Virus record (IMG/VR): IMGVR_UViG_3300009174_000002 | Span: 32,001-96,000 of that record | Strand: one strand, 5' to 3' | DNA from: a virus | Length of the DNA: 64,000 nucleotides | In this document: piece after piece, positions 40,029-49,337 of the stretch | Position numbering within the stretch: position 1 is the first letter of the stretch | Layout: each line of letters opens with the position of its first letter | Program-made: the position numbers and the translations under genes | Notes under the pieces: generated by a model | What the model saw: only the letters and a program-made list of their open reading frames with translations | Told to the model about the DNA's origin: nothing | The model's database searches: none

Positions 40029-41897
40029 CTAAATAAATCTAGTATTCTGTTTTAAGTTAGAACCAGATTCTTTATCTATATTAAAAGAATGCTCTCGCAT
40101 CTTATTGTATTTGGTTGACATTCCTGTACTGATTGATTCCCTTTTTCTAATTATACTACCATTTGCAGTATGAGGATTTTCTGATAACATTCTACTATCT
40201 TCACCTTTTTGTATTTCAAACACTTGATTAAATACTTTTCTATTTTTATCTGATCTAAATATTACATAGAATATATAATAAACGGCATGCTGGGTAGCCA
40301 TAATCAAATCATCATTTTTCTCAGGTGCATGGCGTCTTTTTCCATCCTTATCCCAAATCCAAGTATCTAATTCTGCTACTAAATCCAAACAATGTATTTT
40401 TAATTTTCTATTTCTAATTACTTGCTCGAGTCTATCTCCTCCTTCCCATCTAACCTGTTCACTAGGCCATAAACCTATTTTTCTTTTCTTTAAACCTGTA
40501 GAAGGATCTTGTTTTCTCAAAGTTGAATAATAAATATTTGGATATCCATCTTGTTTTAAGGTTTGTAAGGTGGTTCCTCCACCTCCTGCATTTTCAACAA
40601 TTACAGGACATTTGCCATATCTTTTTCCAGCTAGTTCAATTATTTTTGCAAACGTATCTGGTAATAATTGTGCTTTAAAAGTTGCACAAATATCCAGAGT
40701 TTCTATATCTATAATTGCAAAAGCGGAATAATCTGATCCATCTCCAGTTGCAACGTCTGCTCCTAAAATATATCTTTTATTAGGCTGAGGTGCGATATAC
40801 TCTTTATATAATTTGAATATTCCGTTTACATTTGCAAAAATTTCAGCAAATGTTTTATGAGGAGATTTTTTTATAAATACTCTTAAATCTCTCAATATTT
40901 CTGTACTTAATACTTCACCACCAGTACCCATAAAACTGCAATCTAATTCAGCCTTACTTTTTTCTGGTCCTAATTTATCGCTTTCAAAATCATACCAAGG
41001 ACTTCTTAATTTTCCGTCTTTAATAAAATTATAGTTATCCTTTGGTATTTCTACATACATACCAGTTTCTTTATCAAATACACTTTCAGGCCATTTGTTA
41101 TTATATAATTTTAAGTATCCGCCTTGTGGATGTTCAGAATCTTCCATCCATCTATACATACCCATATTAAAAATTGGGTGTCTTTTCCAATGGGCATCAA
41201 TTATATTAAAGCCTAATTTCTTATGATTAGAATAAGTATTATAATACCATCCTGAAGTACCTTTGGGAGTACTAATCATAATAGATTTTCCTTTTACTGT
41301 TGTTAATGCTGGACCAGCTGCTGCCCAAATTTCTCCCATTTTCTCGGGTGATGACCTATCAATAAACGCCACCTCATCCACAACAAGTAAGTTTAAATTA
41401 GTAAAACCTCTACCCGCATCCGCTGACGTAGATTGAGCTTTAACTACAGATTCGTTATTTAATGTAAAACTTTCCTTATTATTATATCCTTCTTTAAATC
41501 CACAAAATAACCATGGATAATTTTCATCAACTTCTACTAAAATATCTTTAATAGTCTTTATGAATCCCTTCGCATCATCCATTGTCTTAGAAATAAGCAA
41601 AGTCTGAAAGGATTTAATAAATAACATTTTATAAGCTATATAACCTGATGTAAAACTAGTAAACCCCATCTGCCTGGTTTTCATAGTTATATTATTAGTA
41701 TAACTTTCATAGCAATTAAGGGCATCTATTTGATGAGGGAATAATTTAAAAGGTTTTCTTTTTCCGCCGGCATTTACAGTAAAATACGTTTCTATGCAGT
41801 ATTTTATGTCCAGGGCACACTTAAAATATTCTTTTACAATAACATCTGCCCTGGTTTTTTCATCTAAAGAACTTAAATATTCCTTTGTTAAAACCAT
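40029..41897 (-). CDS. terL: terminase large subunit (T4 gp17-like)
   Basis: LFPHQ Q-motif, KTRQMGFT Walker A, VVDEVAF Walker B, ISTPKG, GADVATGDGSDYS, DDLIMA nuclease motifs. Confidence 0.95.
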   Translation of the reverse strand: MVLTKEYLSSLDEKTRADVIVKEYFKCALDIKYCIETYFTVNAGGKRKPFKLFPHQIDALNCYESYTNNITMKTRQMGFTSFTSGYIAYKMLFIKSFQTLLISKTMDDAKGFIKTIKDILVEVDENYPWLFCGFKEGYNNKESFTLNNESVVKAQSTSADAGRGFTNLNLLVVDEVAFIDRSSPEKMGEIWAAAGPALTTVKGKSIMISTPKGTSGWYYNTYSNHKKLGFNIIDAHWKRHPIFNMGMYRWMEDSEHPQGGYLKLYNNKWPESVFDKETGMYVEIPKDNYNFIKDGKLRSPWYDFESDKLGPEKSKAELDCSFMGTGGEVLSTEILRDLRVFIKKSPHKTFAEIFANVNGIFKLYKEYIAPQPNKRYILGADVATGDGSDYSAFAIIDIETLDICATFKAQLLPDTFAKIIELAGKRYGKCPVIVENAGGGGTTLQTLKQDGYPNIYYSTLRKQDPSTGLKKRKIGLWPSEQVRWEGGDRLEQVIRNRKLKIHCLDLVAELDTWIWDKDGKRRHAPEKNDDLIMATQHAVYYIFYVIFRSDKNRKVFNQVFEIQKGEDSRMLSENPHTANGSIIRKRESISTGMSTKYNKMREHSFNIDKESGSNLKQNTRFI

Positions 41898-41981
41898 TAA
41901 AAATCATGCTTTTATAGCCTTTAAATAGCACGATTTTAATCTAGAACAGAGATAAAAGTTTTACTCAAAAAGTAAAACTTT

Positions 41982-42006
41982 GTTTACTTAAGGCTATATA
42001 TCTTTA
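41982..42006 (+). promoter_or_regulatory. putative early/middle promoter
   Basis: Identical 25-mer to 24742..24766; preceded by a perfect 11-bp inverted repeat at 41955-41981. Confidence 0.7.
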
Positions 42007-42021
42007 TAGTAAATAAGAAAT

Positions 42022-42243
42022 ATGAAAAATTTAACTCCGAGAGAATTTAAAACTTTCGTTAAAAATATTAAGTCAAAAAGGAATAAAGGTAAAAATTTAA
42101 CTATTTATGAACTTTATATAGAAGCTTGTGATAATTATAATCAAGCCTTAAGCCAAGATAATAATGATAAAAATTACTTTGAAGGAAAAAAGAATGCTTA
42201 TTTTGAAGTTTTGGAAATCTTAGAAAATCAAATAAAAAAATAA
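42022..42243 (+). CDS. hypothetical protein
   Basis: ORF directly after the promoter motif. Confidence 0.65.
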   Translation: MKNLTPREFKTFVKNIKSKRNKGKNLTIYELYIEACDNYNQALSQDNNDKNYFEGKKNAYFEVLEILENQIKK

Positions 42244-42296
42244 TTATGGATAAATGAAAAAAATTCACGAAATAACTTAATAAATAAATTTGTTAG

Positions 42297-42560
42297 ATGT
42301 CTAAAATATATTATATAAAAAGTTTTAAAAGACAAAAATATAAGTATATTGCTTTTTATGAAACTACTTCATATAGTTTAGGATTTTATTTTAAGATAGA
42401 TAAAAAGACAAAAACTATATGGTTGCATCTTCCTTTAGTTAAACCTAAAGAAACAAAAATTGATATAAAACATTATAAAGAAATTATCCTTAATTTAAAA
42501 GCAAATAATCCAAAAAATGTTATAGGAATAGTTATAAATAAGGCTAATAAACTAATGTAG
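42297..42560 (+). CDS. hypothetical protein
   Basis: ORF in + island. Confidence 0.55.
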   Translation: MSKIYYIKSFKRQKYKYIAFYETTSYSLGFYFKIDKKTKTIWLHLPLVKPKETKIDIKHYKEIILNLKANNPKNVIGIVINKANKLM

Positions 42561-42563
42561 TTT

Positions 42564-42588
42564 GTTTACTGGTTTCTTTATAATTTTA
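42564..42588 (+). promoter_or_regulatory. putative early/middle promoter (variant)
   Basis: GTTTACT-GGTTTCTTTA-TAATTTTA, 20 nt upstream of ATG 42609. Confidence 0.5.
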
Positions 42589-42608
42589 TTAAATTAAGAA
42601 ACAAAACA

Positions 42609-42707
42609 ATGAAACTTAAGAAAAAAATATTATTTGAATTTCTTTTAATAGTTGGATTTTTTATATTCACAATAATTTTTCTATTAAAATACGGTTTTAC
42701 CAATTAG
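42609..42707 (+). CDS. small single-TM membrane peptide (32 aa)
   Basis: Not in track: MKLKKKILFEFLLIVGFFIFTIIFLLKYGFTN. Confidence 0.5.
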   Translation: MKLKKKILFEFLLIVGFFIFTIIFLLKYGFTN

Positions 42708-42714
42708 GCAAGTT

Positions 42715-43311
42715 ATGAAACAAGCAGAGATTAAATTAGGCCTTTGTCCTAAATGTTATAAGTTTGGAGATAAATGCTCCTGTGGTTATAATTATGGATT
42801 TTCTTCTCAAGAAGAATTAGAAAATTATCTAGATCATTTATTTAGTCAAAAAGAATTTATCGGAACTGTAATAAGTAAAAATTTATTAGAATTAAATCAA
42901 AGACCAAAGGTAGGAATGTTAGTATATATTCAGCATACTGGCATTTTAATAATTACACAAAAAGATAGTTTAACTTATGAGGATAATGAACTTTCATTAA
43001 ACTATGCTCAACTTTTATATTCAAGGGGCGAATTAAAAACCATTTATGTTAAGGGAATAAATGAATTTTCCATGGAAGCCCAATTACGGTATGCAGAATG
43101 GCAAGATGTTTTAATTGAAGATTTACTTGATACCAGTAAATCAATTAGATTTAGAGTAAACAAAGTAAAGTGTCATGGTACTTTAAAAAAATCAGAAGAA
43201 AAAAATACATATATCTGTGATAAATGTAATAATAGCATAATACTTAATGTTAAAAAAATACCTACAGTTTGCCCTTTTAAAAACGAACTAAGGGCTAGAT
43301 TAATTCTTTAA
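42715..43311 (+). CDS. hypothetical protein with Zn-ribbon motifs
   Basis: CPKC..CSCG; YICDKC..CP. Confidence 0.65.
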   Translation: MKQAEIKLGLCPKCYKFGDKCSCGYNYGFSSQEELENYLDHLFSQKEFIGTVISKNLLELNQRPKVGMLVYIQHTGILIITQKDSLTYEDNELSLNYAQLLYSRGELKTIYVKGINEFSMEAQLRYAEWQDVLIEDLLDTSKSIRFRVNKVKCHGTLKKSEEKNTYICDKCNNSIILNVKKIPTVCPFKNELRARLIL

Positions 43312-43327
43312 TAATAATTATATTTCT

Positions 43328-43573
43328 ATGCCAAATCTAAGAATGAGAGAAAAAGTATCTAAATATGAGGCCATTGATATTTCCGATAAGCCAAAAAATA
43401 AAGATGGAGATTATATTTTAAATACTTTTATTGAGGATAAGGATTATTGTGATATAAAAGAAGAATTTTGGATTTGGTCTATTGGTGAACATATAATTAC
43501 TGGCGAAATATTAGCTAGTACCTCTAACAAGTTTTATCAAAATCCAGATTATAATTGTTTATTTTTAAGATAA
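43328..43573 (+). CDS. hypothetical protein
   Basis: DYCD..WIWSIG..FYQNPDYNCLFLR. Confidence 0.65.
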   Translation: MPNLRMREKVSKYEAIDISDKPKNKDGDYILNTFIEDKDYCDIKEEFWIWSIGEHIITGEILASTSNKFYQNPDYNCLFLR

Positions 43574-43602
43574 AAAAAGGATAGTATAAAACTATCCTTT
43601 TT
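43572..43602. terminator. bidirectional intrinsic terminator
   Basis: AAAAAGGATAGT/ACTATCCTTTTT between convergent genes. Confidence 0.8.
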
Positions 43603-43620
43603 CATAACTAAATCAATAAA

Positions 43621-44079
43621 TTAGTTATTTAGGGAAATCCCCAAGCCTACTGTAGTCATAAATTTTCCAGTGTTGTTGTCTATTGCAACCCCCGCCATAA
43701 AAAGATTATTTAATAATCCCGCCATAATTCCAGTAGCGGTAATAGGTTTACCATTAGGTAAATTACTTACTACAGTACCTATATACTGAATTGCAGAAAT
43801 AGACCAAATAGCTTCCCATTTTGTTGTAACAGGATCATATTTTAAATGTTGATAGCTTACCCCTGCACCTGTCATTAATTGATTACCAGGTAAACTATAG
43901 GCAGCAAGATTTACTACTGGTCTAAAAGCATTAATAGTAGAATCTTTGGTTGTACCCGCAACTGTTAAAGCATAACGCTGTTGCTTAATTTTAGGAACTG
44001 GTTTAAAAAAACTTTGTGCACTACAAACATTGTACATTACTAAAATACTAACTGATAAAAACAATACTTTAAATTTCAT
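43621..44079 (-). CDS. secreted / outer-membrane beta-strand protein
   Basis: Sec signal MKFKVLFLSVSILVMYNVCSA|QSFF; alternating amphipathic strands (TGAGVSYQ, TTVGLGISL). Confidence 0.65.
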   Translation of the reverse strand: MKFKVLFLSVSILVMYNVCSAQSFFKPVPKIKQQRYALTVAGTTKDSTINAFRPVVNLAAYSLPGNQLMTGAGVSYQHLKYDPVTTKWEAIWSISAIQYIGTVVSNLPNGKPITATGIMAGLLNNLFMAGVAIDNNTGKFMTTVGLGISLNN

Positions 44080-44094
44080 TTTTTTAATTTTTAT

Positions 44095-44706
44095 TTGAAC
44101 TTATATGATAAATATATAAATTCATTTATCAAGTTCAAAAAAATTAATGGAATGTATTTTTGGGAAGATGAAGAAAAAAATAAAATTGGGAAACTTGGAA
44201 TAAAATTAGTTCAACTTCATTGTGAAGAAAATTATTTAAATTTTAGACTTGCGACCATAGAAGAAGATAGAGAAAAAGGAATAGATTGTTTTATAAATGA
44301 TGTAGCTACAGATATAAAAAATACACACAAGATTTTTTTAGGAAACTATGATAAAAATAAAAAGAAGTTTTTTACTCGTCATCCCTTTAAAAAAACTACT
44401 GGTTGTGAACAATATTGTATTTTAGATACAAATCCTAAAGAAGGAAAATACAATATAAAGTATTTAGGAAGTATAAGAGAATATTTATCTACAAATTATT
44501 TTAAAGATATACAAGCAATTATAATCATTTTTAATATATTACAAAAATATGATAAAAATGATTATAAATCACTAGGATTTAATTCTGCCGAGCAATTGCT
44601 GTTAAGTTTAAAGAAAGAAATTTTACCTTTATTGAGAAAGAATGTAAATTGCAGATATGATAATTATGAAGTAAGACAGGAAAGAGTAGCTATTTATCTT
44701 TATTAA
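44095..44706 (+). CDS. putative PD-(D/E)xK nuclease-like protein
   Basis: EEDREKGIDCFINDVATDIK motif; start uncertain (TTG). Confidence 0.45.
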   Translation: MNLYDKYINSFIKFKKINGMYFWEDEEKNKIGKLGIKLVQLHCEENYLNFRLATIEEDREKGIDCFINDVATDIKNTHKIFLGNYDKNKKKFFTRHPFKKTTGCEQYCILDTNPKEGKYNIKYLGSIREYLSTNYFKDIQAIIIIFNILQKYDKNDYKSLGFNSAEQLLLSLKKEILPLLRKNVNCRYDNYEVRQERVAIYLY

Positions 44707-45328
44707 TTTTTTGTTTAAATTCATAAGAATATTCTAAATACTCTTTTATTGCTAATGTAAATTGTTGCAATAAATTATATAAATCATCTAATGTAAATTC
44801 CTTATTATAAAATTTAAATTTTTCTTGTAAATTTTTTAAAATTAATTCTGCTGTTTCGCTAAAATAAGCATTTATATCTAGTTCTGTTAGAATTTCTTGA
44901 AATATTAATTCTTTAGTAATTGGTCTACCTTCTACTCTTCGAGGTTTAAACAAATTTTCTTCTTCTAATATATTACTTTTTTTGCCTGTGGGATATTGTG
45001 ATAATGCCAAACCCATTAAAGTTTTTAAACTTTCAACATATATTTTAGCTTTTCTTTGATTATTTAAACCTTCTACTGCTAATCCATATTTATAATTTTT
45101 CTTTACATTTTTATCTCTACTTAAAAACCCTAAATATAAATTAGAAAATTCTTGAGTTAATATTATTGATTCTAACCCTGCTATTCCTTGATATTTATCA
45201 TACAATTGTCTAAAAAGAAGTAAAGGTTCTTCTACATCTTTATTTTCAATAATTATAACTTTTTTACCTGTAGCTTCTTCTAATTTCTCAATCAAAATCT
45301 TCTCTCGGTTGGACATTGAATTTTTCAT
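44690..45328 (-). CDS. two-cassette tagged protein
   Basis: KLEEATGKKVIIIE; ILEEENLFKPRRVEGRPITK; C-terminal cassette paralogous to 45971..46285. Confidence 0.72.
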   Translation of the reverse strand: MKNSMSNREKILIEKLEEATGKKVIIIENKDVEEPLLLFRQLYDKYQGIAGLESIILTQEFSNLYLGFLSRDKNVKKNYKYGLAVEGLNNQRKAKIYVESLKTLMGLALSQYPTGKKSNILEEENLFKPRRVEGRPITKELIFQEILTELDINAYFSETAELILKNLQEKFKFYNKEFTLDDLYNLLQQFTLAIKEYLEYSYEFKQKINKDK

Positions 45329-45968
45329 TAGTAGGTAATTCTAATTCATTGCTAGCACCTGCCAAATACAGCAATAATATATCTTCTTTTTTAGGGTTAT
45401 TAAAAAAGTTTTGTAAATTTTTTCTTAACTTTTTAACTGTATTAGAATATATATTTTTTTCATTATCCCTAAGTTTTTCTAACATTCCAGCAATTACTCC
45501 TTTATGTCTTAATTCTTCTTCACTATCTGCTAATTTTATTATTCTTACTTTTTCAAATTGTAAACTAGGATATTTATTATCTAAAATTTTGTTAACTAAA
45601 CTTTCAATATTTTTATATTGTCTAGTTTTTACTAAAAAAACATATTCTGTAGAAGAGGACCAATTTTCCTTTTTAATGGTATTTGCTATAGCTATATAAA
45701 AATGTTCTGGAGTTTTTAAATTGAGAGTTTCATACTCAGTTTTAAATTTATTTTTTAATTCTTCTCTCCTTTTTTTAATATTATTTATTCTCTCATCTCT
45801 TAATACTTGTTCTCTATCCTCTACTCTTCTAGGCTTAAAAAGATTATCTTCTAAAACTTCATCTTCATCAAGAAGCCCATAATTATCATAACTAGGAGAT
45901 TCTAAAATTAATCTTTCTTTAGAGTATTTTTTTAATAATTTTATTATATTTTGTTTTTTTGTAACCAT
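45288..45968 (-). CDS. tagged protein
   Basis: LLKKYSKERLILES; VLEDNLFKPRRVEDR. Confidence 0.72.
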   Translation of the reverse strand: MVTKKQNIIKLLKKYSKERLILESPSYDNYGLLDEDEVLEDNLFKPRRVEDREQVLRDERINNIKKRREELKNKFKTEYETLNLKTPEHFYIAIANTIKKENWSSSTEYVFLVKTRQYKNIESLVNKILDNKYPSLQFEKVRIIKLADSEEELRHKGVIAGMLEKLRDNEKNIYSNTVKKLRKNLQNFFNNPKKEDILLLYLAGASNELELPTNEKFNVQPREDFD

Positions 45969-45970
45969 TT

Positions 45971-46285
45971 TTACATTGTATCAGAATGAAAATAAGTAAG
46001 AATATTAAATTCTAAATCTTCAGTAAGTTGTTCTACTAATAATTTCATAACTTTTCTTAAATCTTCTTCTTGCAATTCTAATTTATGGTTTTGGAATTGT
46101 TTTTCTAATTTATCAAATAATTTATCTATAGTTATTTGATAAAAATTTTCTTTATCTAATTCCTCTAAAATATTTTCATATAAATCGGTTTTAGTAATTG
46201 GTCTACCTTCTAACCTACGAGGTTTGAAAAGATTTTCTTCTTCTGATTCTAACAATATTTTACTTACTAATTTTATCTTTTCCAT
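45971..46285 (-). CDS. FKPRR-tag family protein
   Basis: LVSKILLESEEENLFKPRRLEGRPITK. Confidence 0.75.
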   Translation of the reverse strand: MEKIKLVSKILLESEEENLFKPRRLEGRPITKTDLYENILEELDKENFYQITIDKLFDKLEKQFQNHKLELQEEDLRKVMKLLVEQLTEDLEFNILTYFHSDTM

Positions 46286-48384
46286 GCAAATAAAGGAATT
46301 GAAGTTTGTTTGGCTAAAAACATTACTTTTCCTAATCCTTTTAAATCATTCTCATATAAACCTACTACTTCTACTATACCATAGTTTTTCTTACCTTCCA
46401 GGTCCAATAATTCTCTTATTACACCTTTGTTAGTAGATTCATTTAGATTGCCTTTAATCAAGAAAAATTGCCCAGTTTTACTATTTTTAACCAAGGTATT
46501 TTTAGCCTGTGGAGTATGTTTTGTAATATTAGAAAAAGCCTCGTTTAAACCTGTTTTAAGATTAACTATACCCAGTTGTTTTACATTCCATCCAGGAACA
46601 TAATTTGTATTTTCAAACTCTTTTAAAATATCTGTATCTCTAAAAGAATTAGTTATATTTCTATTAACTATATCTTTATCTTCTACTATTAATTTTTTAA
46701 ACATTTTCTCTCTCCTTGTATCAGGCTTACCTTTAATCTCTGCTATAATAGCTTTATTCAAACTAGTATAACTTTCATTAAAAGAAGTTTTCCAAGGAGA
46801 TAAAGTTTCGAATTTACTTCTATCTTCATAGGTAATTTTATAAGTTTTTAAATCTTTTTCAACAAATAAATTTAATCTTTGTTTATTATCCGAAGATAAT
46901 TTAGACAGTCTACATCCAGATTTTCTAACTGCTTCATCTAATGCTTTTACATCTTCTTCTTCTATCATCCACCCGGTAATATGAATTTTTACAGCCCTTC
47001 CGCCTCCTACCGGGACATTCCCGGTTTGCTCGGTTGGTGTGTTTATATCTAAAATATCTTCATCATCTTCTGTAAATAATCCACCTTCATTTGGTTCAAA
47101 TTCATTTTCCATATGGCTAGAAATAGGATCAGAGGTAATATCTTCATCTTCTTCATTACTTATACTATTATATCCATATTCATTTAAAAGTTCTAAATCT
47201 TCATCTTCATCTTCAGCTGGAGCATCTAAAATTTCTAAAGAATCATTACTTTCTGCACTTTGTCCAACAGGACCTGTTGCATTAGGATTATTAACTCCAC
47301 CAGTGACTTGTCCACCTTTTGTTTGATCACCATCTCCTTCTAAATATTCTAAATAACTTTCATCATGTTCTATTCTATTTTCTATATTTTGTATTTCACT
47401 TGAAATTTCTCCAAATTCAGTACTCAATACATCTACATTCCCTGTAGGTGCCCCAGTAGCTTGGTTAACTACTTCGGTATTATTTACAAATCCATCGGTA
47501 ACATTGATTTGTGAAGGGGTATTAGTATTATTTTTTTGAGTTAAAATATTATTTACAAGGTCTTGTAATTCATCATTGGTTACATACTTATTAGTTTCGG
47601 TGCTAATTTGAGTATTAACTACTTTTGGTTTTACTTCCATATTTGGTTCTTCTATTTCTTCTTCGCCTTCCTCATCAAAAATACTCAATAAATCATCTCC
47701 TTCTAAATCAATATCATCATCTATTTCTTCTTCCTCATCTGAGATTTCTTTTCCATCAGTATAATCCTCATCTTCATCATCCAAATTATCGTCTAACAAT
47801 AATTCTTTTCCTTCATTATTTTTCTTAATAGGATCTAAAATATCTTCTTCTTGATTTTCTGGTTCTACATCAGTATCTTCATCTTCTTCTTCCTCATTAT
47901 CTCCAGGGGCTTCTTTAAAGAAAGTTTTTTTAAATTTCTTAATAGGAATTTTCTTACTTTCCTTTAGTATTTCCTTTTCACCAAACTTTTCTTTGAAGGA
48001 TTCAAATAGCTTGATTAAATCTCGATCACTTAAACTATTTAAGTTTTTATTTGTTTTATATGATTCATTTAAAAACTTATACATAAGCTGATCATCTCCT
48101 TTCTTTGGTGAAAAACCTCCGAAAAATAATCTGTCTTTTAATGTGGAAAATTCCATTGATTCTTGTATTTGATTTTGTTGTTCTTTTTCTATAGGTTTAG
48201 CAATAAAATAATCAGCGGTACTATCATATACTACTGAAATGCCTTTTGTAAGCATATCATTTACATATTGTCTCCATTTACTGTCTGATTCAAATTTTGT
48301 TAAATAATTATAAGTCTTAGTTCCTTCTTGAATTATAACTTCATGGTCCAAACCTGTAAAATCTATACTTTTGTCATAATACAT
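46273..48384 (-). CDS. large acidic putative prohead core/internal protein
   Basis: 703 aa, long D/E tracts, multiple IQES/LNES/LKES sites, preceded by TATTTAAA. Confidence 0.6.
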   Translation of the reverse strand: MYYDKSIDFTGLDHEVIIQEGTKTYNYLTKFESDSKWRQYVNDMLTKGISVVYDSTADYFIAKPIEKEQQNQIQESMEFSTLKDRLFFGGFSPKKGDDQLMYKFLNESYKTNKNLNSLSDRDLIKLFESFKEKFGEKEILKESKKIPIKKFKKTFFKEAPGDNEEEEDEDTDVEPENQEEDILDPIKKNNEGKELLLDDNLDDEDEDYTDGKEISDEEEEIDDDIDLEGDDLLSIFDEEGEEEIEEPNMEVKPKVVNTQISTETNKYVTNDELQDLVNNILTQKNNTNTPSQINVTDGFVNNTEVVNQATGAPTGNVDVLSTEFGEISSEIQNIENRIEHDESYLEYLEGDGDQTKGGQVTGGVNNPNATGPVGQSAESNDSLEILDAPAEDEDEDLELLNEYGYNSISNEEDEDITSDPISSHMENEFEPNEGGLFTEDDEDILDINTPTEQTGNVPVGGGRAVKIHITGWMIEEEDVKALDEAVRKSGCRLSKLSSDNKQRLNLFVEKDLKTYKITYEDRSKFETLSPWKTSFNESYTSLNKAIIAEIKGKPDTRREKMFKKLIVEDKDIVNRNITNSFRDTDILKEFENTNYVPGWNVKQLGIVNLKTGLNEAFSNITKHTPQAKNTLVKNSKTGQFFLIKGNLNESTNKGVIRELLDLEGKKNYGIVEVVGLYENDLKGLGKVMFLAKQTSIPLFAWKR

Positions 48385-48457
48385 CCTATAATTATATTTC
48401 CTTTTAAATAATGTAGATTTTAATTTTGTATTATTTTAATATTATGTACCAGAATTT

Positions 48458-48877
48458 TTAATCACTACTACTATATAAATAAACTTTATCACCATTTTCA
48501 TCAGTTAAAAAATCTAACATATTATCTTCTTCTAGAACTTTAAATGTCCATTTTATAAGCTCCATATTTGGTATTACTTTTTCTATAGATGAGCCACTAA
48601 TTTTAGAATCGTATCCGGCTTCAATTGCTTCATTTCTTACAACTGGTTTTGCCAATTCTAAGGCTTCTTTTCCATCCTTAGCTAAAACAAAACAAAATGC
48701 ATCAAAAATATAATCACCTAATATAATATTAACCTGATATAAATTTTTAAGATTTGGATACTTTTCTATTAGTTTTAATATTTTTTCTTTTTCTTCATCT
48801 TTTCTTCCTTCTATTCTTCTAGGTTTGAAAAGTTCATTTTCCTCAGATTCAAATAATATCTTATTTATTAAGTTCAT
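48458..48877 (-). CDS. FKPRR-tag family protein
   Basis: MNLINKILFESEENELFKPRRIEGR; paralog of next ORF (KYP..NxYxV..VLAKxxxEA). Confidence 0.75.
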   Translation of the reverse strand: MNLINKILFESEENELFKPRRIEGRKDEEKEKILKLIEKYPNLKNLYQVNIILGDYIFDAFCFVLAKDGKEALELAKPVVRNEAIEAGYDSKISGSSIEKVIPNMELIKWTFKVLEEDNMLDFLTDENGDKVYLYSSSD

Positions 48878-48890
48878 TTAAAAAAATTAT

Positions 48891-49337
48891 TTAAGTACCT
48901 GATACATATATATAAACTTTTTTCTTTCCTTTTAAAACCTTTAAAATTTCAGGATCATCTTCAACTTCATCTAACAAAAAGTTTAAAACATCTAGATCAT
49001 CTATAACTTTTTGTATATTTTTATCAGTTATTTCAATTTCATTAATAGGAATTCTATAAAAAGATTTAGGAAAATAACTTTTTGCTTCTTTTGATGCGGA
49101 TGGTAAAGCCAATTTAAAAGCTTCTTCTTCGTTTTTTGCTAATACATATGAACTTGTGTCATATATTTCATTAAAAGAAATATAAACGTCATATATATTT
49201 TCAATATAAGGATATTTTAACTTAAGTTGTTTTATTTCTTTTTTTAATTTATCCTCTCTATCCTTTACTCTTCTAGGCTTAAATAAACCATCCTCAGATT
49301 CTTTTAAAATAGTTAATATTTTGGAATTAAGATTCAT
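48891..49337 (-). CDS. FKPRR-tag family protein
   Basis: MNLNSKILTILKESEDGLFKPRRVKDR. Confidence 0.75.
   Translation of the reverse strand: MNLNSKILTILKESEDGLFKPRRVKDREDKLKKEIKQLKLKYPYIENIYDVYISFNEIYDTSSYVLAKNEEEAFKLALPSASKEAKSYFPKSFYRIPINEIEITDKNIQKVIDDLDVLNFLLDEVEDDPEILKVLKGKKKVYIYVSGT

Noticed and set aside
40029-41897. Intein in terminase large subunit
   Set aside because: No C..HN-[CST] intein boundaries; ATPase and nuclease motifs are contiguous at normal length
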